A stretch of 63,314 nucleotides of DNA, counting the filler, from Octopus bimaculoides (lineage: Eukaryota), in NCBI RefSeq assembly GCF_001194135.2. It is 3 parts of 3 records of this genome, joined end to end, with 100 filler letters (N's around TTAATTAATTAA, not from the genome) between each part and the next. Parts side by side here need not be neighbours in the genome. Positions count along the whole stretch, not along the records: positions 27,726 to 56,127 come from NC_068990.1; 2 more parts are not named here. One strand, 5' to 3'. Position numbers and translations under genes: made by a program. The notes below the pieces were generated by a model. The model worked only from the letters and a program-made list of their open reading frames with translations, ran no database searches and was not told the DNA's origin. Below are positions 28,296 through 40,671 of the stretch, one piece after another. Within the stretch, counting starts at the first letter, position 1, and each line of letters begins with the position of its first letter.

Positions 28296-28731
28296 AGGAC
28301 AAGCAAGTTAGACAAGTCGATATACAAAAAATATTAAATACAAAAACCATACATATGTTTGCGTATAAGAAGGTCCGACTAGCACAAAATAGAAATAATA
28401 TCAGAAATTAAGGGGATTTAATAAGAGATTTGTGAGTCCAGCAGCTGTTTCTAGGGGATTGGTGGTCAAAATAATAGTTGTAAATTGATTCTATCACCGG
28501 ATAATACCAGCCTCCGTCTTCAGGGAAGAATTTTACATTCTGTCAACACCTTAAATGTAAAATTCTTTCATGAAGACAGATGCTGGTATTATCCGATGAT
28601 GGAATTAATTTACAATCATTATTTGGGACGACCACACCCAGCTGTTGGACACGTAAAACCCTTATTTAACCCCTTTAATTCCCGATATCATCTTTATTTT
28701 TTGTATATCGACTTGCCTACTTGCTTGTCCT
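28296..28731. mobile_element. Fully palindromic MITE/foldback element, copy 1
   Basis: Termini aggacaagcaagttagacaagtcgatatacaaaaaata / tattttttgtatatcgacttgcctacttgcttgtcct with TA on both sides; inverted symmetry continues to the centre (gaattttacatt...aatgtaaaattc). Confidence 0.85.
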
Positions 28732-28739
28732 TACATTTA

Positions 28740-28829
<90 letters not shown>

Positions 28830-29539
28830 TTAAACAAAGAACATACTAAGTATGTCTACCTGCTGGAAATAACAGTAACATCTCTAGGACTTAGTGTGTT
28901 TTGTATGCTATCAAATGCGGTATATATTATACACATATATTACACACACACACGCGCGCGCGCGTGCGCACACACACCACACACACACATACACTACACA
29001 CACACACACACACACCACACACACACGCACACACATACACGCTTAAAAGCACAAACACAGAACCTAATGTAGTTAAGTTACGAGCTTACATAAAGCGTGA
29101 ATTTTTGCAAAGAAATTGGATGTGAGAAAGCAAGAAAAAAAAAACTTTACACATTATAGAAATAATTGATAGTACAACTCTCTTCATGCCAGAAGTCTAT
29201 CGAAGTGAGCTTTTTATCTAGGGCCAGTGTAACCACCAAGCGTAACATTACGTTCCTAATCCGTCTTCAAATTTCATTTCTGGCGTACAGGTGCATGCTG
29301 AGTGGAAACCTATTTACTCATCTTATTTTCACTATTCTCACCAATCTATTACCAAATGTACCTGAGGAAATCATCTGCCTCTTCCTTATCTCTTTCTTTC
29401 ACACTAACTTTCTTTTACAAGTGGCAACTTCCTTTTACAAGGGCAATGTGGGTTTGACCGAACAAGCAAGTTTCTGACTATTGAAAAACTTCCTGTTATT
29501 ATCGGTTAAAGGAGAGTGGTGCAGTGATGTTAACGATAG

Positions 29540-29735
29540 AATTATTGTTTCTAACGGAGGCATAAGGCCAGGTATTTTGGGGTGTGAGTTAAGGGATTAA
29601 ATCGACTCCAATACTTGACCGGTACTCTATTTTATTTACACCAGAGGATGAAAAGCAAACTTGATCTCAATGGCATTTGAACATATAGAGCCGGAATATA
29701 TACCGCAGGATAGTTTGGCTGATGCGCTAACGATT
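29540..29735 (-). mobile_element. SINE family A, diverged
   Basis: aatcgactccaatacttgaccggtac...ggatgaaaagcaaacttgatctc...atttgaac matches family A. Confidence 0.7.
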
Positions 29736-31704
29736 GTACAAATCAATGATGAAGAGGAAAACAAAGTAAGAGAGAAAAAGAAAAAAAAATGAGAAGCAAA
29801 ACAACAACAACGTCGACGACGTTGATAAGAGGAGGAAGAAGATGAGGAGGAAGAGGTAGAATTAGACAAAGAAAAAGAAAAGAAAAAGAAGAATCAAGAG
29901 AATAATAGTTAAAGGAAATGATAAAGAAGTAAAATGAAACAGCTTTTTTAATTGTTGCGATTTTCATCTCATGTAAAATTCACTCTCAATGAATGTTAAA
30001 ATAAAAAATTATTGAAAGACGAAAATATGTGACAAAATACATACAACAATACAGAAAAAAACACACAATGCAAAAATGCAGAAATTTTCAATGCTTACAG
30101 ACTCGACGACTCTCCACATAGAAGCAATATCTTTAGCTTGCATTATATTTTACAGATATAGAAACTAACGCCCTGCTTGATTTTTATCAATAGTGTTTTG
30201 TAGTTTTCGTATTAAAGATCTTTACTACCAAAGTAAACGGCAGCTGCCTTTATATTTTGTTTTTCTGTTCTTAGATTTCATACTTTTCTTCTTAACAGCT
30301 AAAGCACGAGTTGTTTCTTCTACATTGAAATGAAATTAGCTACCATTCTGAAGTATGTGTTGTTAATGTTGCAGTTGTTGTTTCGGTGTTGTGTTGTATT
30401 TGTTGTTGTTGTTGTTGTAATCTTCTTCATTGACTTGTTGTTTTTGATAGAATATTGTTTTCTTTATTTTTGTTGTTACTATTGTTGTCGCCATCAGATT
30501 TATGAAATCATTGAGTTATATGAAATATTAAGGCATCACAGCAATAAGATGTAGTGTATTCTTCTAGTAGTGAGTATTGTGTAAATAGATTTTTATGTAG
30601 TTTTATGCAATGTATAGAGTTTATATCAGGCCAGTTCGGTAAATAGTCAATGGCGCTGTTATACGTTTGTATCTAAAACACCTAACTTGCACTGACTCAG
30701 TCTAGCTACATGTAAATTGGTGCCATGGTGAGTAACGGTCGACTACTGTAAGGGAGAAACAATATATGATTGAGAGGAGTATCTTTAGCATGTTTTACTT
30801 CCAATGATTCCAAGTATTCCAGTCTGCCTTAATTCTGAATTTGAGTTTTGACTTTCATTAAATATTACTTTTAACGCTCTGCTTGAACTTCGTTTATAAC
30901 TTTGCTTTGCTCGCTTAGTGCTGAATTTCACTTCAGATGTGCATAGCTTGTGGCTGTTTCATTTTTTGCTTTCTTTTTCTTCGGGCTGATTGTTTTACTT
31001 GTGAGTTGTATTTCTTATTTTGTCTTGTAATATCGCTAGATGTCGTAGTTCTGGAGTTGAGGTAATGTATGTAATCCAGTATTTATGTTACTAATTGTTG
31101 TATTGAATTTAGTGATATGCAATTGTATAAATTAATGATAGTGTTTTCACTAGACTCAGAATGTTTTGTGAAAGAGTTTTCGTTTATAGATGTACGAGTG
31201 TGTAGTTATTAATGCATGAGACTTGGGGATTTGTCCGAGTTTGTTTAGCTTGGTGTATAACGCAGAAGTCAATGTTTGGAGAAACGTTATTGTAGTCATC
31301 TTAGTGAGCTTATAAGATTATGAGGTGCATAGAATGTAAAGCGAATCACAATACGATACCGTTGCACTCTTTGTTGTATTCCTGTTGTATCGGAATGCGT
31401 GTGCATTATGTGTGTTATTTGGTGGTGGTGTAGTTAAATGTTGTAGTTGGGATATGTAGCCAAATGAAAACAATTGAAAAAGTTTTCGGAGTATGCATGA
31501 AGTTATGTCAATGAATTTTGTTACTGTGTTTTAATATGAATGCTTGCGTTTCTAGAGTGTTAAGGTCTTTTTTTTTATGCTTGGGTGTTGTTTATCTTAT
31601 TTTTATACTGAGCAAAATGACATTGTGAAACTTTTACCGGAAAATCATCAAGGGGTAGTCTGGAATCTGAGATTTGAATTAGTTGCCATATTGTATCCAA
31701 AGTA

Positions 31705-32953
31705 TTCCTTTCTACTCTAGGCACAGGGCCTGAAATTTTGTGGGAGAAGAGCTAGTCGATTGCGCCGACCCAGTGCGCGACTGGTAAATATTTCATCGAT
31801 CTCCAAAAGGATGAATGGCCAAGTCGACATCGGCGGAATTCGAACTCAGAAGATGGACGAAATGCTACTGAGCATTTTGCCTGGCATAGTAACGATTTTG
31901 CCACCTCATCGCAGTATTAGCCGCAGCAAAAGACATACTGGGAAAATATTAATTCTGTATAATGATGGCACCAGCAAAATTTCACATAGAAATTTATGCG
32001 TGAACAATTTAAAATTTCGCACTAAGAGAAGTCTAAATCTATATCAAGAGTTTATACACTTATGCTAAATATTGGTTTCTAAGTTTCGCACAAGACTAGC
32101 AATTTCAGGTTAGGTTGAATAAATAGAATCCAGTAATCAACTGGTACCTATTTTATCAACTCCGAACGCATGGAAGTCAAAGTAGCCTCCAGTGGAATAT
32201 GAAATCAGAACAATGATGTTAAATGTTGGTTTCAAATTTTGCCACAAGGTCAGCAATTTTTTGTGGATGTGGGGGGAAGCCGATTATATCGCACCCAGTG
32301 CTTAACTGGTATTTACTTTATCGACCACAAAAGGATGAAAATCAAAGACGACCTCGGCAACATTTGAATTCAGAATGTAAAGGAGTACGAAATGCCGCAA
32401 AGCATTTCGCTCGGCGTACAAACAAATATTAAAAACAATTTAACACTCAAATTTGGCACAAGGCTAATAATTTCTGGGGAGGGGACAATTCTATTACTTT
32501 GACCCCAGTACTAAACTATTGCTTATTTTATCGACCCCAAAAAGAGGAAAATCAAAGACGACCTCGGTGGCATTTGAACTCACAATGTAAAGACGGGCGA
32601 GATGCCGCTTAGTATTTTGCTCGGCGTGCAGACAAATATTAAAAACAGTTTAACACTCAATAAATTATAATATATAGTTATAATAGTAAATTAATATTAT
32701 ATCATAAATAATATATGGTCAAGGATGACAGATTTAATATTCTTTTCTACTCTAGGCGCAAGACCCGAAATTTTTGGGGAGGGAGCAGTCGATTAGATCG
32801 ACCCCAGTACGCAACTGGTACTTAATTTATCGACCCTGAAAGGACGAAAGGTAAAGTCGACCTTGGCGGAATTTGAACTCAGAACGTAAAGACAGACGAA
32901 ATACTGCTAAGTATTTCGCTCGGCGTGCTAACGTTTCTGCCGGCTCACCGCCT
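31705..32953 (-). mobile_element. Cluster of five same-orientation SINE family A copies
   Basis: Copies at about 31705-31905, 32070-32215, 32225-32420, 32445-32635 and 32740-32953; the last is nearly complete. Confidence 0.85.
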
Positions 32954-33864
32954 TGTCAGGTTTAATATTATGTGTTCTTTACTGATATGTTATGTTTTGA
33001 ATATAAATATTATTTCAACGAATTTTGCTACATCCGCCATCCTTTCAAAATCTAGAACATAAGGTCTAGCAATGAATGCATATCATTATAATCGATTGTA
33101 ACCGTTCTAAAGATACATAACGTGTTATAAAGCACACTATAAGCCCTGGTTCTTTGCTCTTTAGCAGATGAGAAATAAATTCCTCTTAATAAGGCACAAG
33201 TATATCGCACGTATTATACCCAAGTTATCATTCTCTATGGTGGAAATTTATATAAACTGAAGCAATATAATGAAGTATTTACTTAAACTTAGTAAATATA
33301 AATTCACAACAGATAAGCCAATCTTATGTTAGATAAGCCTAATGTTATGTCGCATCTCCTATGGGGCATTTCCATTACTTTTCTTTAGATTACAATTCCT
33401 AAATACAAGACATGAATTCTGTATTAAAGTTATACCATATCAAATTAAATAGCAAAGTATACAAGATCATTTTCTATAGATGTTGATCGAGTTTATGATG
33501 GGACATTTTGAAAATAAATCATACTTTGCGTCCACACACAAATCGCATTATAACAATTTTAAACGATAGTTAACGGTGGAGTCATAAAATAAAGAAAAAA
33601 TGTTACGCTATCGTAGTTTGATAAGATTAGGTATACCTACGTTTCCCTTTGCTGAAGAGATAGAATTAACCTTAACCTGAATACTGAAAATTCTCTCTCG
33701 AAGTTGTAAAATGAATTAGTCCTTTTTTAAGTGTGCTACTATTTCCGTTGCTCGTTTTACGAAGAGAAAAAGCAGATTGAAAAGAGTAAGAGAAGAAAAT
33801 AGCAACGAAATATTACAAAAATATATTAAACCGTAAAGACATGATGTCTAGATATTAGGTGGGA

Positions 33865-33909
<45 letters not shown>

Positions 33910-34679
33910 ATGGCAAACACACCATCATACAAAGACTCAGAAACACCTGCTGCTAATACCGTTTTATGACATGTGAGTTCTCACAGACCCTCACATATCA
34001 TCTACACACGCTTTATCTCTAACAGGCACATAAATCACACACAGCAGTAGAATAACTCCTTCAACGTTCAACTTATTATCATATTAATTATAATTTAAAT
34101 ATGCAGATTTGTACCAAAATTGGCGTCAAAGTGTGATTACATACACCGAGCAGTTGAATGTTTTCTGTCTTGCATTTGGCATGAGTTGAATTATTGCTTC
34201 ATCGATATTACAGTAGCCGAAGCCGGAATGTAATATCATGCCCAATGGTAAACCGAAGTGAAACTTTTAAAGGCAGTTTCATAGGTACCAGTTATCTTCT
34301 TTTCACTGGAATGGGCATTTACATGCAAAAGCTCACATAAGAGCTCACATTTTAATTGAACAAAAATTCATTGTATTAGATGAATTATCCTGGCAGACTC
34401 TATCTACCAGTGTTACTAATTTGACGGATTCAGTCGGCGGAACTGAATGGCTGGCCTTGACCACGGCAAATCGCAGCAACCGTCAGCAACTTTTTTAGCT
34501 AAATCAATAGTAGTATCAATGAATTAAAACTTTTACACCGGAATGAAATTGGCTATAAGATTACAATTACTCTAATTCCCGAGAATACATTTAGTTTCTT
34601 TCTTTGGAAAGTTTTCATGTCACACTGTGGAGTATCTTGCTTCTGTTGTATATTGAGAGATTCACTGATCTTTTCTTAC

Positions 34680-34709
34680 CCATTGCACACGTAACATGAA
34701 ATACGAGCT
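34680..34709 (-). CDS. Candidate 30-nt micro-exon (ARISCYVCNG in one frame)
   Basis: About 45-nt pyrimidine tract ending cggcgatAG, donor TGG|GTAAGA; all three frames open. Confidence 0.3.
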
Positions 34710-35064
34710 CTATCGCCGAAGAGTAATAAAAAAAAGAGTTAAAAAGAAGAGAAAAAAACTCAAAAATATTCGACATTTAAATGGTAGTCTTTGCAAAGTA
34801 CTAGAAGTGGTTTGTGAATAAGTTAGTTTGATTTGTAATGCATATTTAATATAAAATTACTGCAGTTTCAAATAATATTTTTTTTCTGTAATATCATTTA
34901 TTTACAGCTGAATATTTTATTATTTTCCAACATCGAATATTTAACAAAGCATTAGGGGACCTAAATACTTATGATTTAAAATAAATATCATTTCATGATC
35001 CACAGTAATATTTTTTTAATAAGCTTGCAATTTGTTGCAATCATATCGGATTAAAGTGTAATCT

Positions 35065-35506
35065 TGGGCCTGTAAGTTAGGCCAGTCGATATACAAAAAA
35101 TAGAAATGATATCGGGAATTAAAGGGGTTAAATAAGGGTCTTACGAGTCCAACAGCTGGGTGTGGTGGTCTAAAATAATGATTGTAAATTAATTCCATCA
35201 TAGGATAATACCAGCATCTGTCTTCAGGGAAGAATTTTACATTTGAGGTGTTGACAGAATGTAAAATTCATCCCTGAAGACGGAGGCTGGTATTATCCGG
35301 TGATAGAATCAAATTTACAACCAACACATCACCAAGACCCTAGAAACAGCTACTGGACTCGTAAATCTCTTATTCAACCCCCTTAATTTCTGATATTATT
35401 TCTATTCTGTGCTAGTCGGACCTCCTTATACGCAAACACATGTACGTTTTTGTATTAAATGTAATTAATATTTTTTGAACATCGACTTCTCTAACTTGCT
35501 TGTCCT
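35065..35506. mobile_element. Fully palindromic MITE, copy 2, inverted relative to copy 1
   Basis: Reverse complement aligns with 28296-28731 (centre tgaggtgttgacag vs ctgtcaacacctta); right end gcttgtcct|TA. Confidence 0.85.
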
Positions 35507-35581
35507 TATATTTACTCCTCTACCTGCTTAAATCTCTGGAGCACTACGAAGTGTAATCTATACGGAGAATGCCCGTCTCTA

Positions 35582-35627
<46 letters not shown>

Positions 35628-35644
35628 ATCTTATTTATTTTTTT

Positions 35645-35821
35645 CTTTTTATTTCTTTCAGTCATTTGACTGCAGTCATGCTGGGGCACCACCGTGAATA
35701 GTCTTAGTCGAATAAATCGACGCCAGGACTTATATTTTTAGGCTTATTCCATCGGTCACTTTTGCCGAACCGCTAAATTACGGGGATGTAAATGCAGCAA
35801 CACTGGTCGTCAAGCAGTAGT

Positions 35822-35825
<4 letters not shown>
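35645..35825 (-). mobile_element. SINE family B, 3' half
   Basis: tttcagtcatttgactgcagtcatgctggggcacc...gccgaaccgctaaattacgggg, then (CA)n. Confidence 0.85.
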
Positions 35826-35858
<33 letters not shown>

Positions 35859-36547
35859 TGTACAGAACTTATTTCAAGTTCTTGGTAAATGAGTCAACTA
35901 ACATTGATTATCTATAAATGTTAAAGTCATTAAATGTAACCTTTTTTTCATGCTGCTGACACCACAAAATACTGATGCATAAGTTCTCCACAAGGCATTG
36001 TTACTAGACGTATGAGTGGCTAAATTTACTTAACGCTAGACAACGGATATTTTGCGCCTAAAATAAATTAGGAATATTAGTTTTAAAATGCGCGCGTTTT
36101 TATTTAGTACATTGGTGCTCATTCAAACGTCAAAAGTCTTTATTCATTTTACTCATTGGATTGTAGCCATTTTGAAGCATTATCTCTCTCTTAATTTACC
36201 GATTCTTTGTTGAGTCGCTATTTTATGAGACATCAACAACATCAGCTTAAACATAAACACGTGTTACACATACACAAACGGGAGTGCAAATGTAAATTTA
36301 GACTATCATTATGAACGAGGGGGTGCTGAAAAGTTTCTGGCTTCTAAATATAACCAAATACGTTTTTTTGTTGTAAGCATGCATGTAAAATTAGGTTTCA
36401 CCAAGTAGACAACCCCCTTTCTCTCTTTCTCCCCCCCCTCTCTCTCTCTCTCTCTTACAGAGAAGCAGTGAAACAGAAAATGGTGATAGAGGCGAGGAAG
36501 AAGATGAGGAGGAGGAACAAGAAAGTGATGATGCTGATAATGAAAAA

Positions 36548-36574
<27 letters not shown>

Positions 36575-36578
<4 letters not shown>

Positions 36579-36629
36579 GAAGAAGAAGAAGAAGAAGAAG
36601 AAGAAGAAGAAGAAGAAGAAGAAGAAGAA
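36575..36629. repeat. (GAA)n microsatellite running into a gap
   Basis: Directly visible. Confidence 0.95.
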
Positions 36630-37503
36630 NNNNNNNNNNNNNNNNNNNNNNNNNNNNNNNNNNNNNNNNNNNNNNNNNNNNNNNNNNNNNNNNNNNNNNN
36701 NNNNNNNNNNNNNNNNNNNNNNNNNNNNNNNNNNNNNNNNNNNNNNNNNNNNNNNNNNNNNNNNNNNNNNNNNNNNNNNNNNNNNNNNNNNNNNNNNNNN
36801 NNNNNNNNNNNNNNNNNNNNNNNNNNNNNNNNNNNNNNNNNNNNNNNNNNNNNNNNNNNNNNNNNNNNNNNNNNNNNNNNNNNNNNNNNNNNNNNNNNNN
36901 NNNNNNNNNNNNNNNNNNNNNNNNNNNNNNNNNNNNNNNNNNNNNNNNNNNNNNNNNNNNNNNNNNNNNNNNNNNNNNNNNNNNNNNNNNNNNNNNNNNN
37001 NNNNNNNNNNNNNNNNNNNNNNNNNNNNNNNNNNNNNNNNNNNNNNNNNNNNNNNNNNNNNNNNNNNNNNNNNNNNNNNNNNNNNNNNNNNNNNNNNNNN
37101 NNNNNNNNNNNNNNNNNNNNNNNNNNNNNNNNNNNNNNNNNNNNNNNNNNNNNNNNNNNNNNNNNNNNNNNNNNNNNNNNNNNNNNNNNNNNNNNNNNNN
37201 NNNNNNNNNNNNNNNNNNNNNNNNNNNNNNNNNNNNNNNNNNNNNNNNNNNNNNNNNNNNNNNNNNNNNNNNNNNNNNNNNNNNNNNNNNNNNNNNNNNN
37301 NNNNNNNNNNNNNNNNNNNNNNNNNNNNNNNNNNNAAATGTCCACTTTAGTGGTCAACGTTATATATAAAAATATACTTTAATCCCCTGAGATCGCAGAT
37401 ATTTTTTCTGAATCTCTCTGATTCTTTAAATGTGCTAGCTTCCTGGTAATAAATCGATATTAATTAATATATGATTTTTACCCTGTTTTAATATTCATAT
37501 ATA

Positions 37504-37539
<36 letters not shown>

Positions 37540-37569
37540 TGTGTGTTTGTGTGTGTTTGTGTCTGTGTG

Positions 37570-37795
37570 TGTGTGTCTGTGTGTGTGTGTTTGCTCACCC
37601 CCTGCTCTACCGCTCTACAACCGTTGTTTCTTTGTTTACGTTCTCCTAACTCCGCTGCTCGTCAAAAAGCGATGATAGTGTAAGTACCAGGTTTAAAAAA
37701 GTAAGTACTGGGGTTCGAATCATTCGACAAAACGTTCTTGAAGGTGGTGCTCCAGCATGGCCACAGTCTAAGGACTGAAGCAGATAACAAATAAA
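37570..37795 (+). mobile_element. SINE family B, 3' half
   Basis: taagtaccagg...aagtactggggttcga...ggtggtgctccagcatggccacagtc tail after (TG)n. Confidence 0.8.
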
Positions 37796-39150
37796 TGACA
37801 ACGATAACCACCAAACCTGCACTTCTACGCCCCTCCCCTCCATCACTGAGCAGAGATCTCGTAAACGTTCTCCAGCAATGTCAGTCTAGCGTCACTAGAC
37901 GGTTACCACATGCAATCACTCTATATCAAGGAAATCACACGTTCTCTCTCCCTGTGAACAAAACAATGAAACACGCTCACCTTTACAACCAATGGTAGAT
38001 CTTTTAATCCTTAAGGATCATTTATGACCACATGTATATAGCCTTGCCGGATCTGCGGTCAATAGATAAGTACATGAAAATACGCGATCGGACTGTTTAG
38101 GTCTTGAAAATACAAGATCACAAAAACGTCATTAAGCCTTTAAGCATATTCGATTGGTGGAGAAGTTTATTTTATCAAGAATTAACTTGTTCAAATCATG
38201 CTTTTGATATCTCAAAGTAGCGAACAGTATTTTACCTTATGATGTAGGATTAAGTCAGTATAAGTGGGAAAGAGAGTGAGGGGGAGAAGGTGAGGAGGAG
38301 AGAGTGAGGAGGAGAGAGTGGGTAAGGGCGAAATAGAAAGTGAAAGAGAATTAGATTAAGCGCATCAAATTAAGCAGAAATGGATGAGCGTTTTAGTTCT
38401 TCACAGATAAAAACTGATAAGTTAGGCACAATGGCGGATATTTATAATGTTATCATGCTGACAAAAAACAAAACAAAAGCAATGTGGTAATTATAACACA
38501 GGCATATGTACATATATCTTGCATATATATATATATATATATATATANNNNNNNNNNNNNNNNNNNNNNNNNNNNNNNNNNNNNNNNNNNNNNNNNNNNN
38601 NNNNNNNNNNNNNNNNNNNNNNNNNNNNNNNNNNNNNNNNNNNNNNNNNNNNNNNNNNNNNNNNNNNNNNNNNNNNNNNNNNNNNNNNNNNNNNNNNNNN
38701 NNNNNNNNNNNNNNNNNNNNNNNNNNNNNNNNNNNNNNNNNNNNNNNNNNNNNNNNNNNNNNNNNNNNNNNNNNNNNNNNNNNNNNNNNNNNNNNNNNNN
38801 NNNNNNNNNNNNNNNNNNNNNNNNNNNNNNNNNNNNNNNNNNNNNNNNNNNNNNNNNNNNNNNNNNNNNNNNNNNNNNNNNNNNNNNNNNNNNNNNNNNN
38901 NNNNNNNNNNNNNNNNNNNNNNNNNNNNNNNNNNNNNNNNNNNNNNNNNNNNNNNNNTATATATAAATTATTATTTCTAAATCTCTTGCCAACATAATGT
39001 GGCAGTCCTGATTAGGACGAATGTTTCTGTTATTTAGCACGGAAACATCGTCCCCGGCTGGCTATCAACGCACTATCTGGACATATATATAATACAGCAA
39101 GAGACATTTCAATAGGAAAGAAAATTTTCACTGCGTTCTTCTGTACTTAC

Positions 39151-39177
39151 CGGTCGTTGCTCCTCTGGAAATTGAGC
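39151..39177 (-). CDS. Candidate 27-nt micro-exon
   Basis: Near-consensus sites on both sides: tttttctctcgttccAG|gctcaatttccagaggagcaacgaccg|GTAAGT; all three frames open. Confidence 0.35.
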
Positions 39178-39537
39178 CTGGAACGAGAGAAAAATACTTT
39201 CATTATTTTGTTACTCATTCCAATAGACATACAGTCTAATACTCGTAAACAGTCATCCACACACACGAATACACCCATCTACATATATACATATGCACAT
39301 TAAGTATTTATGTATGTATGTATATATGTATGTATATATATGTATGCATGTATGTATGCATGTGTGTATGTATGTATGTATGTATGCCATTGTTCAGTTT
39401 TATTTCAAGATTTCTTGACAATAGAGAAAGAGCCGGTTTCTAACCTAGATCCAAGGCTCCTTCATTAGAATTTCCGCTTCAACAACAGAGTATGCACGTA
39501 TACATGATGTATGCATGCATGTATGTAAGTATGTATG

Positions 39538-39596
<59 letters not shown>

Positions 39597-40671
39597 TACT
39601 TATTTTAGTCATTTGACTGCGGCCAGAGTATAAAAGAGTACAAGCAGAAATAACATTCATCTATATATATTATGTGTTAACCTTGTGTTAAGACAACAAG
39701 GTTAACGCATAAAGAACACACACATAAATACGTAAACATATGTGTGTACTGTCTGTATGTCCTTATGTTAAAAATGTCTTTATAAAAATAATGACAATTA
39801 TGATTTCAACTCGCATATCTGTTAAATTTTCAAAATAAAAATTAGACTGAGAGAAAGAACGGGAGAAATACATTTAGAGTAAGAACGAGTGAGAGTGAGC
39901 AAGAATTAAGAGAAAATCATCAAAGAATTATCTCACCTGTACATTAGATCTAATCATAAATATATGTAGTATTATCCAAAGGGCTAGATCATCAATTGTA
40001 AAATTCGCGGTGAATATGTTAAAAAAGCACAACACAAAAACAACAAGAAATAAACGAATACAAAACAAATATCACACAATATAGCAATGTGGGAGTTAGA
40101 AATGGAAGGTAAGCTACTAAACTAGAAAAAGACTATCAGATTTTCATTATTAAATAGAAGGTGCCTAAAGCAGAATGTTCCAGATTGCTATCAGACTGCA
40201 TTGTGATAGGGGAAAATAATGTTTATAAAATGTATGTGCGTGTGCGTCTGTGTGTGTGTTTGTGAGTGTGTGTGTGTATATATATATGTATATATATATA
40301 TATATATATATNNNNNNNNNNNNNNNNNNNNNNNNNNNNNNNNNNNNNNNNNNNNNNNNNNNNNNNNNNNNNNNNNNNNNNNNNNNNNNNNNNNNNNNNN
40401 NNNNNNNNNNNNNNNNNNNNNNNNNNNNNNNNNNNNNNNNNNNNNNNNNNNNNNNNNNNNNNNNNNNNNNNNNNNNNNNNNNNNNNNNNNNNNNNNNNNN
40501 NNNNNNNNNNNNNNNNNNNNNNNNNNNNNNNNNNNNNNNNNNNNNNNNNNNNNNNNNNNNNNNNNNNNNNNNNNNNNNNNNNNNNNNNNNNNNNNNNNNN
40601 NNNNNNNNNNNNNNNNNNNNNNNNNNNNNNNNNATATATATATATATATATATATATATAAAGAGAGAGAT

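Noticed and set aside
31705-32953. Repeat-spacer-like periodicity (CRISPR-like)
   Set aside because: Units are about 200-bp diverged SINEs in a eukaryotic context, with no cas genes.
36461-36629. Acceptor followed by acidic RSSETENGDRGEEEDEEEE frame
   Set aside because: The pyrimidine tract is a (CT)n microsatellite and the frame is a decayed (GAN)n repeat running into a gap.
37981-38052. Minus-strand segment with good acceptor and AAG|GTGAGC donor
   Set aside because: Stops in all three frames; could only be UTR or non-coding, with no other support.
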